NCBI GenBank assembly: GCA_040876345.1
Contig: JBBDPM010000006.1
Location: 456,547-520,546, forward strand
Source of the DNA: Candidatus Woykebacteria bacterium
GTDB lineage: Bacteria; Patescibacteriota; Microgenomatia; Woykebacterales; RBG-16-39-9b
Direction of reading: 5' to 3'
DNA: 64,000 nucleotides
Each line of letters starts with the position of its first letter. The first letter of the stretch is position 1. Below the pieces are notes generated by a model. It was given only the letters and a program-made list of their open reading frames with translations. It did no database searches and was not told the origin of the DNA. Of the stretch, positions 8,994 to 16,937 are shown piece by piece. The translations under genes were made by a program, and so were the position numbers.

Positions 8994-9386
8994 ATGAACC
9001 GACTCAAAAATCTCTCCTCCATTATTGGTCTTGCGACTCTATTTGCTCTAACTTCAACTTCTATTAAAGCTCAAGAAGATCCACCTGTTATTGATACAAT
9101 TACACCACCAGCCGGATTTCCCTTGGATTTAAACACCATTATCAAGAGTTCCGTGGCTCTTGCGCTTGCGATCGCTGGTTTAATTTTCTTTGTAATGTTA
9201 GTTGTCGGCGGATTTCGTTACCTAACTGCCGGTGGGGATGAAAAGGCAGCCCAAGAGGCAAGGAAAGCCCTAACAAATGCAGCCGTCGGCCTTGTTATAA
9301 TCGTAGCATCATTCTTAATAGCTCAGCTGTTATTCGCCGTCTTTGGCCTCTCCCCATTAGTAAACGTGGCCAATCCAACAAGTTGA
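8994..9386 (+). CDS. TrbC/VirB2-like pilin paralog
   Basis: Signal peptide (…TSIKAQE), VVGGFRYLTAGGDEKAAQEARKALTNAAVGLVIIV motif. Confidence 0.6.
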   Translation: MNRLKNLSSIIGLATLFALTSTSIKAQEDPPVIDTITPPAGFPLDLNTIIKSSVALALAIAGLIFFVMLVVGGFRYLTAGGDEKAAQEARKALTNAAVGLVIIVASFLIAQLLFAVFGLSPLVNVANPTS

Positions 9387-9393
9387 GGATTAA

Positions 9394-9729
9394 ATGGAAG
9401 ATTTAGGCACTCCTGGATTCTTTTTTTCAATACCAAACTTATTACCATTTAGGGATTTTAGTGAGCTTTTCAACGCCTTATTATCAATCGCTTTTTTTGT
9501 TGCCGGCCTTGCCTTTTTAGTTAACTTGATAGTGGTAGGCATTCAGTGGATGTCATCTGGCGGAGACCCCAAGGCACTAGATAGTGCAAGGCGCCGAATT
9601 GCAAACTCCTTCATAGGACTGGTCATCGTTGTGGCTGCTTTTGCAACCGCCTTAATTGTCGAGCAGGTGCTTGGGATTAAAATCGTCAGTGGGTTTTGTA
9701 TTCCAACACCAGGGGGGCAATGTTCATAG
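9394..9729 (+). CDS. TrbC/VirB2-like pilin paralog (no obvious cleavable signal peptide)
   Basis: VVGIQWMSSGGDPKALDSARRRIANSFIGLVIVV motif. Confidence 0.5.
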   Translation: MEDLGTPGFFFSIPNLLPFRDFSELFNALLSIAFFVAGLAFLVNLIVVGIQWMSSGGDPKALDSARRRIANSFIGLVIVVAAFATALIVEQVLGIKIVSGFCIPTPGGQCS

Positions 9730-9766
9730 AGTTTGAATTACATTCTTTAAATTTCTGAATTAGTTC

Positions 9767-9796
9767 TTGCCAAATCATTTTTAACATGCATATAAT
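9767..9796 (+). promoter_or_regulatory. Sigma70-like promoter (TTGCCA-N18-TATAAT)
   Basis: Consensus -10 and near-consensus -35, upstream of the pilin gene at 9833. Confidence 0.4.
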
Positions 9797-9832
9797 CTAG
9801 TAGTTAAAGGGAGGTGAAACTGCTCAATTATT

Positions 9833-10222
9833 ATGCGTAAACTAGCTACTTTACTAGCAACAGGAAGTACTTTTTTAACACTAGCGGGCCCAGCATTTGC
9901 ACAGGCAAATATCACGGGTTTTGACTCAAGTATAGTTCCATTCCCAAACCTAGGAAAGCTTTTAAGCAACATTTTGGCCCTTCTTTTCTTTTTTGCGGCC
10001 TTACTTGCTTTTCTTTTCATCATTATCGGTGGTATTCAGTGGATTACAGCTGGTGGTGATAAAGCAGCTGCTCAAGCTGCTCGGGACCGAATTACCGCTG
10101 CGGTTGTGGGGCTCTTAATTGTGGTCGCCGCTTTTGCGATAACCTTAATACTTTCGACAGTACTAGGAATTAATCTCTTTGATTATCGCTTCCCAACTGC
10201 ACCACAAACTGCCGGTACTTAA
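9833..10222 (+). CDS. TrbC/VirB2-like pilin paralog
   Basis: Signal peptide (…AGPAFAQAN), IIGGIQWITAGGDKAAAQAARDRITAAVVGLLIVV motif. Confidence 0.6.
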   Translation: MRKLATLLATGSTFLTLAGPAFAQANITGFDSSIVPFPNLGKLLSNILALLFFFAALLAFLFIIIGGIQWITAGGDKAAAQAARDRITAAVVGLLIVVAAFAITLILSTVLGINLFDYRFPTAPQTAGT

Positions 10223-11481
10223 AAGCTGGAAATAAAGCCTGCAAATCCGCCCGATCCTGTGAGAATAGTCAGATACCAAAGCGGGACGGCAAGGTGCGAG
10301 AGCAGTGGGTAATAAAAAACGAAAAGAAGAACCACCGAAGCAGCAAACCCAATCAAGAGAAATTCCCTTTTTTCAAAATTTTCCTCGATAAATTTGGTAA
10401 CTAATAAAATTCCAAACGGAATAGCCGAGAGTAAGTAATAGGAAAAGTTGTAGCGTGGGACAAAAAACCAAGGCAACCAAAAAGTAAGGAAAGCCCCAAT
10501 CAAAAAGGTCTTCTCACTTGTTACTAAGCTCCTAGTGCGGTGAAAGACTAAATCCTTCGCTCCCTTCAGAATGAGCACAATACTTCCCCAAAAGAGAGCT
10601 GGATTAAACATAAAAAATATGGCCTGGACGCTGCCGTACTCTTGTCTACCAATGTACGAGTACAAGGGGTTTAGAAGCCACGTCATGGGGGTTAGGTGAA
10701 AAACTAAATTGTTGATTTCTTGCTTTTGCTCCACTTTTTCAAAAACCCCACCAGTGTGATAATCAAACATTTTTGCGTGAAGGTTAATTAGATCGGGAAG
10801 ACTGTGGTTAAGTAAATAGAAACTGTATGATCCTAGATAGACGACTCCCACGATTAAAAATAGCAGCCCAAGCTTCGGTAAGGACTTTAAAGGTGTAGCC
10901 CTTTTTTTCCAAAGGTAAAAGCAACTTCCAAATGCTAGCAAAAAAAGACCATTCCATTTTGAGGCGATTGATAAACCGAAGAAGATGCCCGCCAACCCTA
11001 AGTATCTAGCCTTTTCTTCCTTGAAAAAGCTCCAAAAGAAAAGAGTAGCCGCCAAGGAAAAAGTGGCTACATAAATTTCTGGGACGGCTACTCTTGAGTT
11101 AACAAACCAAGAAAACTCAAAGGTGAGGAAAAGAGCAGAAAGCGTTGGAATTAAGCGCCCACCGAACATTTTCTTGGCGAGAAGATAAATAAAGATAACC
11201 CCCAAACTACCGACTAAAACTTCCGGAATTCGCCAACCCCAAGGATTATCTCCGAAAATCTTTATTCCGGCTGCCATGAAAAGCTTGGCTAGGGGCGGAT
11301 GTTCAAAATTTGCCTCAAAATTCCCAGCGAGGAAGGAGCGCGCTGTCGGTATGTAATAGGCTCCTTCATCAAAGTAAACATCAGACGGGGAAGTTAACCT
11401 TAAAAATTTGATAGCTAGGTTAGCGATAAAAAGAGTAACAAGAACATTAATCTCTGACCTAAAAAACTTTCTCATAGGCAA
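10219..11481 (-). CDS. Polytopic GT-C glycosyltransferase, GT39/PMT_2 (ArnT/PMT-like)
   Basis: YFDEGAYY (DE motif), HPPLAKL, GWRIPEVLVGSLGVIFIYLLAKK; about 11 TM segments. Confidence 0.6.
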   Translation of the reverse strand: MPMRKFFRSEINVLVTLFIANLAIKFLRLTSPSDVYFDEGAYYIPTARSFLAGNFEANFEHPPLAKLFMAAGIKIFGDNPWGWRIPEVLVGSLGVIFIYLLAKKMFGGRLIPTLSALFLTFEFSWFVNSRVAVPEIYVATFSLAATLFFWSFFKEEKARYLGLAGIFFGLSIASKWNGLFLLAFGSCFYLWKKRATPLKSLPKLGLLFLIVGVVYLGSYSFYLLNHSLPDLINLHAKMFDYHTGGVFEKVEQKQEINNLVFHLTPMTWLLNPLYSYIGRQEYGSVQAIFFMFNPALFWGSIVLILKGAKDLVFHRTRSLVTSEKTFLIGAFLTFWLPWFFVPRYNFSYYLLSAIPFGILLVTKFIEENFEKREFLLIGFAASVVLLFVFYYPLLSHLAVPLWYLTILTGSGGFAGFISSF

Positions 11482-11556
11482 TTTGATTTTAACACAGGTT
11501 TAACTGAGTCAGACTCAGTTTGACTTTAGTAACTTACCCGTGTTAATTTGTAAAAA

Positions 11557-11973
11557 ATGGGCCGACTTAAAAATCTTTTCACCACAGCTACTCTCTTTAT
11601 CACCGTTTTGTTAGCACCAAAAACTGTACTTGCTCAGATTGGAAACAAAGTCAGCGATGATCCCGGATACACCCCTCTTAAGGACCTGGAGGTGGTTTTT
11701 GCAAATGCGTTGAATGTAATATCCATCTTAGCTGGGTTTGCGGTACTTTTGATGATCGTGATTGGAGCGTTTCGTTATATGGTGGCTCAAGGAGATCCAA
11801 AGGCAGTAACCGCCGCTCGAAGCCAAATTACTTGGGCGATCGGCGGGCTCTTCTTCATAATTGCTGGCTGGCTAGTGATACTTTTTGTTTCCCAATTTAC
11901 TGGTCTTAACCTGACCAACTTCTGTGTTGACCTACCAACCGATGATTTAACTTGCTCAATTCAAAGGCCTTAA
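11557..11973 (+). CDS. TrbC/VirB2-like pilin paralog
   Basis: Signal peptide (…VLAQIG), IGAFRYMVAQGDPKAVTAARSQITWAIGGLFFII motif. Confidence 0.6.
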   Translation: MGRLKNLFTTATLFITVLLAPKTVLAQIGNKVSDDPGYTPLKDLEVVFANALNVISILAGFAVLLMIVIGAFRYMVAQGDPKAVTAARSQITWAIGGLFFIIAGWLVILFVSQFTGLNLTNFCVDLPTDDLTCSIQRP

Positions 11974-12608
11974 CGTAGCGATCCTTTTGCAACATAGTTA
12001 ATATTCAGCGTAGCAAGATCTGCTACATCCTGTTGGGCAAACCAACCATTGGCTCTACCTTTGTAAGTAGCGAGCGGTGCTTTTTCCACAAAGACAAAGA
12101 ATTGGTCGGTTCCTGCATCGTAACTTATTCTATATCCTGATCCAACCAGAGGGAGTTTACTTCTCACATTATTCATTGCTGAGTATAGGTTAGTCTGACT
12201 TGTACCTTTGCTTTTTGTAGTTGCGTTCCACATGAAAAGAGTTTTTGATTCGTACTTAACTTTAAACTCATATTTAGCTCCTGGCTTTAAATTTGACTGC
12301 AGGCTAAAAGTGGCCTTTGTACCAGCTAAATCAAGCCCCAGAGTGAATTTCACGGCCGGTTTTGACTCTATGGAAACCTCTTTTCCGGCAATACTGGAGT
12401 CAAAATTAACCGTTATTTGCGGGGTTACACTAATTCCAGTCTGATCCACTAAAGGCTCAACACTGACAACTTTAGGCAGTTCTTCTTGGGTTTTTCCTCT
12501 GCCGGTAGGGACCTCCTTTGGCTTTGGCACCAATAAAATGCCAATTATTACAAGCCCCAGGGAAAATCCAAAGGCGGTGAGAATTATTATTCTTTTCGTC
12601 TTGTCCAT
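11970..12608 (-). CDS. Membrane-anchored hypothetical protein with Ig-like beta-rich ectodomain
   Basis: N-terminal TM; beta-rich Ser/Thr/Lys sequence; the three minus-strand genes 11970-14951 overlap by 4 bp at 13608-13611 and are separated by 1 nt at 12609. Confidence 0.45.
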   Translation of the reverse strand: MDKTKRIIILTAFGFSLGLVIIGILLVPKPKEVPTGRGKTQEELPKVVSVEPLVDQTGISVTPQITVNFDSSIAGKEVSIESKPAVKFTLGLDLAGTKATFSLQSNLKPGAKYEFKVKYESKTLFMWNATTKSKGTSQTNLYSAMNNVRSKLPLVGSGYRISYDAGTDQFFVFVEKAPLATYKGRANGWFAQQDVADLATLNINYVAKGSLR

Positions 12609-12609
12609 A

Positions 12610-13611
12610 TTAGTTCTCCTTTAAATATTTGCTGGATACAGCGTTGACCACTACTACAACCTCCACTTCTTGCTTATTGATAGTAGCACTTCCGGAAAGC
12701 TTCCAAAAGGGAAGCAGAAGGCCAGTCTCATCATCAATTAAATATACAAGTTCAATATCATTAAAGACTACATTGCTTGCCGCGCTCAAGCTCCCGCCGT
12801 TGTAGCCTCCTGGTAAAATTACCCTACCTTGCCCTGCCCTCAATCTATTTTCTATTCCTCCCAGATTAATTAAAGGGTAGGTGCCGATATTTTCCGTGTC
12901 TATTGCAACTTGCATATAAGAAAACTTAACAACCTCGCCACTCCTGGAGAGACTCGCTGATACCAAGGGGTTTAGCCCGCTATTATATATTTTGCGATCT
13001 GAAAAATTACAAGTGAGGTTTGTTAAGAATTGGTCGGCAGTTTTTGGATCATCAATAAAATCCAGCTCCAAGCCATATTCTTTCAGAGCTAGGGTTTCCT
13101 CATGCAAAAGATCTTTTTCTAGATTTAACTTTTTCAAGAAATTCTGAGCGGTCTGGGTAGCTTCGTCTAAAGTATTTATTAGCCTTTGACTTTTTGGTTT
13201 GCTGATTTTTAAATAGCTAAAGGCTCCTGTGCTAATATTGTAGTTTACAATACCATTTTTATCCTGAATCTTCCCAAACAAATCCCCACCAGTATCTTTC
13301 GATGTCTGTAATTTTCCATCAATCTTAAATACTTTTGCTAAAAATTTAGCTTTTTCAACGCTCCCCTTGGATTCTTTAACCAAAGCCACTTTAGAGCTGC
13401 CTTCCAGTTTCTTGCCGGAAATCTCTAAAGAAAAATCTTGCCTAAACCCCTCACCCACTGCTTGCGTAGGGGGCAGTTTTCCAAAGATAATTCTCGAGTT
13501 TTCCCGCAATTGATTGATAAAACTAAGCCCAATTAACACCGTCACAAACACGGAGACAAAAACGGTGATATCCAAAAAGTATTTCCTAAAAGTATCTAGT
13601 GTAAAGTTCAT
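12610..13611 (-). CDS. Membrane-anchored hypothetical protein (candidate VirB8-like T4SS component)
   Basis: Single N-terminal TM with a large extracytoplasmic domain; context only. Confidence 0.4.
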   Translation of the reverse strand: MNFTLDTFRKYFLDITVFVSVFVTVLIGLSFINQLRENSRIIFGKLPPTQAVGEGFRQDFSLEISGKKLEGSSKVALVKESKGSVEKAKFLAKVFKIDGKLQTSKDTGGDLFGKIQDKNGIVNYNISTGAFSYLKISKPKSQRLINTLDEATQTAQNFLKKLNLEKDLLHEETLALKEYGLELDFIDDPKTADQFLTNLTCNFSDRKIYNSGLNPLVSASLSRSGEVVKFSYMQVAIDTENIGTYPLINLGGIENRLRAGQGRVILPGGYNGGSLSAASNVVFNDIELVYLIDDETGLLLPFWKLSGSATINKQEVEVVVVVNAVSSKYLKEN

Positions 13612-14951
13612 TGTATTACTCCGCTTGCTCCTTCCTTACAATAATACGGGTAGCGTCCTCCCCTTACCTCCACTGGCAAGAAAGGTTCAGGACTTATCCG
13701 CACTCCTGTGGAATCAAAAACTTCGTAATGCACATGGGGAGCTGATGATGTGCCTGTATGATCCTCTGTAGCTATTGGCTGGCCGACACTAACCTGCGTT
13801 CCACGCTCGACTAAAATTGAACTATCCGCTAGGTGTCCGAAACGGACTGTGTATTGATCACCTTTTATATCAACATAATTACCGTAACCCCCAGGATCAG
13901 AGCCTATCAAATCAAGTTTTCCTGAGATAGTCGAACGGACTACATCCCCTGTGCGTATCCCGTTTGCCCAATTTGCAATAGCTTTATCGGATTGAATATC
14001 TACTCCCTGATGACGGTGATCTGACCTCTGCTCTAAGTAGCGTCCTGTGATTGTTCCCTCTACTGGGCAACGGCCGGCTGGGCTTGCCACATCTCCTACA
14101 GTCTCATCTTTTTTGTTTAGGTAAAATTGGTAAACATTTTCACAATAGGTTACACCCCTATCTTCACAAGCGCCAAGATAATGTCGGGCTGCCTCGTAAA
14201 CCTCAGCCTGCTCCCAGTCTTGAGTGGAATCGTTATAATCATATGTTGAGAAGTTTCCGCTAGAGCACTCTTCTGCATGATCTCTTGGAGTAGTATCGCA
14301 TTTAATTTTCCAGGCAGCCGCATAAACTGAGTCTGCTACATTGCAAATGTTTGAGGTGCGACTCTGCCCAGTGGCAATATTTATTGCAGTTTTATATCGC
14401 TCAAAAGTGCTTGGCAAAAACTGCATCGGGCCCCGTGCCCCCGCATCAGACTGCGCACAACCTGGTATTTCTCCATCTGGATTACTGTATAAAATTACAC
14501 TTGCTTCGGACAAAACCATAGCATCACCTAAATTCTCAGAAAGCCCTATTCCGTTCAAAACACCTGCCGGGACTTTGGCCCAAGAAGCTGCTTGCAGAAT
14601 TATATTTTCTAACTCCACTGAGCAATCATTGTGCTGCCCATCACCATCGAAATCATCCGGACTAATAAACGCTTGGCAGTAATTATCCTTTAATCCTAGA
14701 CCCGAACCCACCGGGGCTGCCACAGCCGTCCCACCTCCACCACCAATAATTCCAATGGCTACTAGAATAACAACTATAAAAATTACTATAAATAAAACTG
14801 CGGCGATTGCTGGAGCTGCCGCCCGCAGAGCCGCACTTGCCCCTAGCCTTGCCGCACCGGCTCCCCTCAGATTCATACCAGTTTGAGCAAGGTCGAGTGC
14901 ACTTTGAACGGGACTTTTTGATTTTTTTTGTGATTCTTCTTCCGCGGGCAT
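13608..14951 (-). CDS. Bifunctional cell-wall hydrolase: lytic transglycosylase (SLT) plus M23 metallopeptidase, membrane-anchored (VirB1-like)
   Basis: TM (…VLFIVIFIVVILVAIGIIGGGGG); SLT motif AGARGPMQFLPSTFERY; M23 motifs HQGVDIQS … HVHYEV. Confidence 0.65.
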   Translation of the reverse strand: MPAEEESQKKSKSPVQSALDLAQTGMNLRGAGAARLGASAALRAAAPAIAAVLFIVIFIVVILVAIGIIGGGGGTAVAAPVGSGLGLKDNYCQAFISPDDFDGDGQHNDCSVELENIILQAASWAKVPAGVLNGIGLSENLGDAMVLSEASVILYSNPDGEIPGCAQSDAGARGPMQFLPSTFERYKTAINIATGQSRTSNICNVADSVYAAAWKIKCDTTPRDHAEECSSGNFSTYDYNDSTQDWEQAEVYEAARHYLGACEDRGVTYCENVYQFYLNKKDETVGDVASPAGRCPVEGTITGRYLEQRSDHRHQGVDIQSDKAIANWANGIRTGDVVRSTISGKLDLIGSDPGGYGNYVDIKGDQYTVRFGHLADSSILVERGTQVSVGQPIATEDHTGTSSAPHVHYEVFDSTGVRISPEPFLPVEVRGGRYPYYCKEGASGVIQ

Positions 14952-15011
14952 TTATCTATAATTCTATCCATTAACAAACTCAAACACAACTGTCTTAAAC
15001 ACGTGTTTTCG

Positions 15012-15039
15012 TTGACAATCGTACATTCTTAGATATAAG
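15012..15039 (+). promoter_or_regulatory. Sigma70-like promoter (TTGACA-N16-TATAAG) ending 10 nt before the ATG at 15050
   Basis: Consensus -35; 16-nt spacer; predicted leader of 0-4 nt. Confidence 0.45.
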
Positions 15040-15049
15040 ATTAAATCAA

Positions 15050-16885
15050 ATGTGCCTGCCCAGGAAATTTAAAATCTTTCTTCTTGTTACAACTCTCAGC
15101 CTTTTTCTAATCAGTACTCTGACTCCAGCCTTTGCATCTCACGATAAAACCCAAGGCGCACAACAATCCCAAAACACAATCGAGCCAATTCCAACTCCGA
15201 ACCCGGACGCCCCGCAAATTCAACCGATACCAAAACCAACCGCTGATCCCAAAATCCGTCAGGCTTTAGGCTGGGAAGATTTAAATCCAATTAGTTGGCC
15301 TGGAGCAGTCTATGACTTTCTTCGTGGGGCAACCGCCAAGGCAGTAAAAGGCGCTTTTTATGCCAGTCAAGATGCGGGATTTGAACAAATCAATAATTGT
15401 TCGGGGGCTGAATTAGTTGATAGCCAACGTCTTAATAACAACGATCCAGAGGACACTTGTATCGAGAAAAAAATAAACCGCGCTGCAATGGGAGTTAGTA
15501 ATTTAAGCGAAGTGCCGAACCCAGGATTACTTGACTACCTAGGTTATGTAGGGTCTCAATCTTTAACATTACCTGTTCCCATCAATTCAACTCAATACTT
15601 CGCCTCTATTAATCCTTTTAAAGAAGCTCGTGCTGCAGCAGGGGCTGAAGAGCTAGCAAACAACAATATACTACTAAGTATTTGGCGAACGTCCAGGAAT
15701 ATTGCTTTTGCTCTCTCAGCAGCGGTTTTAATGGTTGTTGGTTTTATGATCATGTTCCGTTGGAAGCTAGACCCACGCACCACAGTTACAATTCAAAATT
15801 CACTACCTAGAGTAGTGGTGGCCTTGATTCTCATAACTTTTAGCTTCGCGATCGCTGGTCTTATGATTGATTTTACGAGATTGATCACTGAGGTTGTAAC
15901 CTCACTTGTCGCAGTGCCGGGTGAGGCTCTTTTAGGCTTGTCTGCCATTGGTTTGCTAGTACTTGCAGGTGGAAGCCTTAGCCTTGCCACCGGTGGTCTA
16001 TTCGCGTTGTTTATTCTACTTCTTGGTTTAATTTTGTCCATCATGATTCTAATCGTGTTTATTGTGCTGATCTTTAAACTGCTCATGCGCTATATAACTT
16101 TTCTAATTCTCACTATTTTTGCGCCGTTCTTTTTCTTAGCCGGCGCTTTGCCAGGAGGTGAGGGGATTATTTTTAACTGGTTCAAGCGCCAAACAGCCGC
16201 CCTTTTGGCGGTACCGTTTACCGCTCTTTTTGTGAATCTTTCATTCGCAATCGGTTTTTCTGGTTTCACCGGGCAAGGAGATTTGAATTTTCCCTCTCCC
16301 TGGCCAGTTGTGGGTGGTTTCGCTAACACTGCAGTTGGGTTTGCCGTTCTTGGCCCCTTGATAGGAATTGGCTTATTCTTTTTCGCTACAAAAGTTCCGG
16401 ACATTGTTGATGAGGTCTTTGGAATCAAAGAGCTTGGGGCTAGAAAAGGAATCGGTCCTGGAATAATAGTTGGTGCGCCTATTGGCGGTCTCCAAGCTGC
16501 GGGTAATATATCAAGGGGTGTTGAAGGTGTGCAACGTGGTGTTAAGGTTGGGAAAGATGTGGCTGGGAATTTATCCAGAAGAGGGTGGGGGCCAGAACAA
16601 ACTCAAACTGAAGGCGGTAATGTGAGCATTAGTAACCAGCCAACTCCTGGTCCAGCCGCTAGAACAGCAAGGCAGTTAGCCAGGACAATTTTGCGGCCTT
16701 TTGCTCCAAAAGATATGAGTGGTAGAAAGCCCTGGCAGAATATTTCCATGTCGGAAGCAGATTTTGCAGAACGCCAGAGGAGAATACAAGAACAAATTAA
16801 GGCGGCTGCTGCGAGAGGCCGTCGTGGAGGCGGTCCGCCTCCAACCGAAGATCAAGACGAAAGAGGCCCCCTAGAAACACCCTAG
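15050..16885 (+). CDS. Polytopic membrane protein, VirB6/TrbL-like
   Basis: Signal peptide, extracytoplasmic domain of about 170 aa, at least 6 TM helices, Gly/Pro/Arg-rich hydrophilic C-terminus. Confidence 0.5.
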   Translation: MCLPRKFKIFLLVTTLSLFLISTLTPAFASHDKTQGAQQSQNTIEPIPTPNPDAPQIQPIPKPTADPKIRQALGWEDLNPISWPGAVYDFLRGATAKAVKGAFYASQDAGFEQINNCSGAELVDSQRLNNNDPEDTCIEKKINRAAMGVSNLSEVPNPGLLDYLGYVGSQSLTLPVPINSTQYFASINPFKEARAAAGAEELANNNILLSIWRTSRNIAFALSAAVLMVVGFMIMFRWKLDPRTTVTIQNSLPRVVVALILITFSFAIAGLMIDFTRLITEVVTSLVAVPGEALLGLSAIGLLVLAGGSLSLATGGLFALFILLLGLILSIMILIVFIVLIFKLLMRYITFLILTIFAPFFFLAGALPGGEGIIFNWFKRQTAALLAVPFTALFVNLSFAIGFSGFTGQGDLNFPSPWPVVGGFANTAVGFAVLGPLIGIGLFFFATKVPDIVDEVFGIKELGARKGIGPGIIVGAPIGGLQAAGNISRGVEGVQRGVKVGKDVAGNLSRRGWGPEQTQTEGGNVSISNQPTPGPAARTARQLARTILRPFAPKDMSGRKPWQNISMSEADFAERQRRIQEQIKAAAARGRRGGGPPPTEDQDERGPLETP

Positions 16886-16937
16886 AATAAGAGAGAGGGC
16901 TGATCCGATACGATGCGGAAACAGCCCCCAATGCCTG

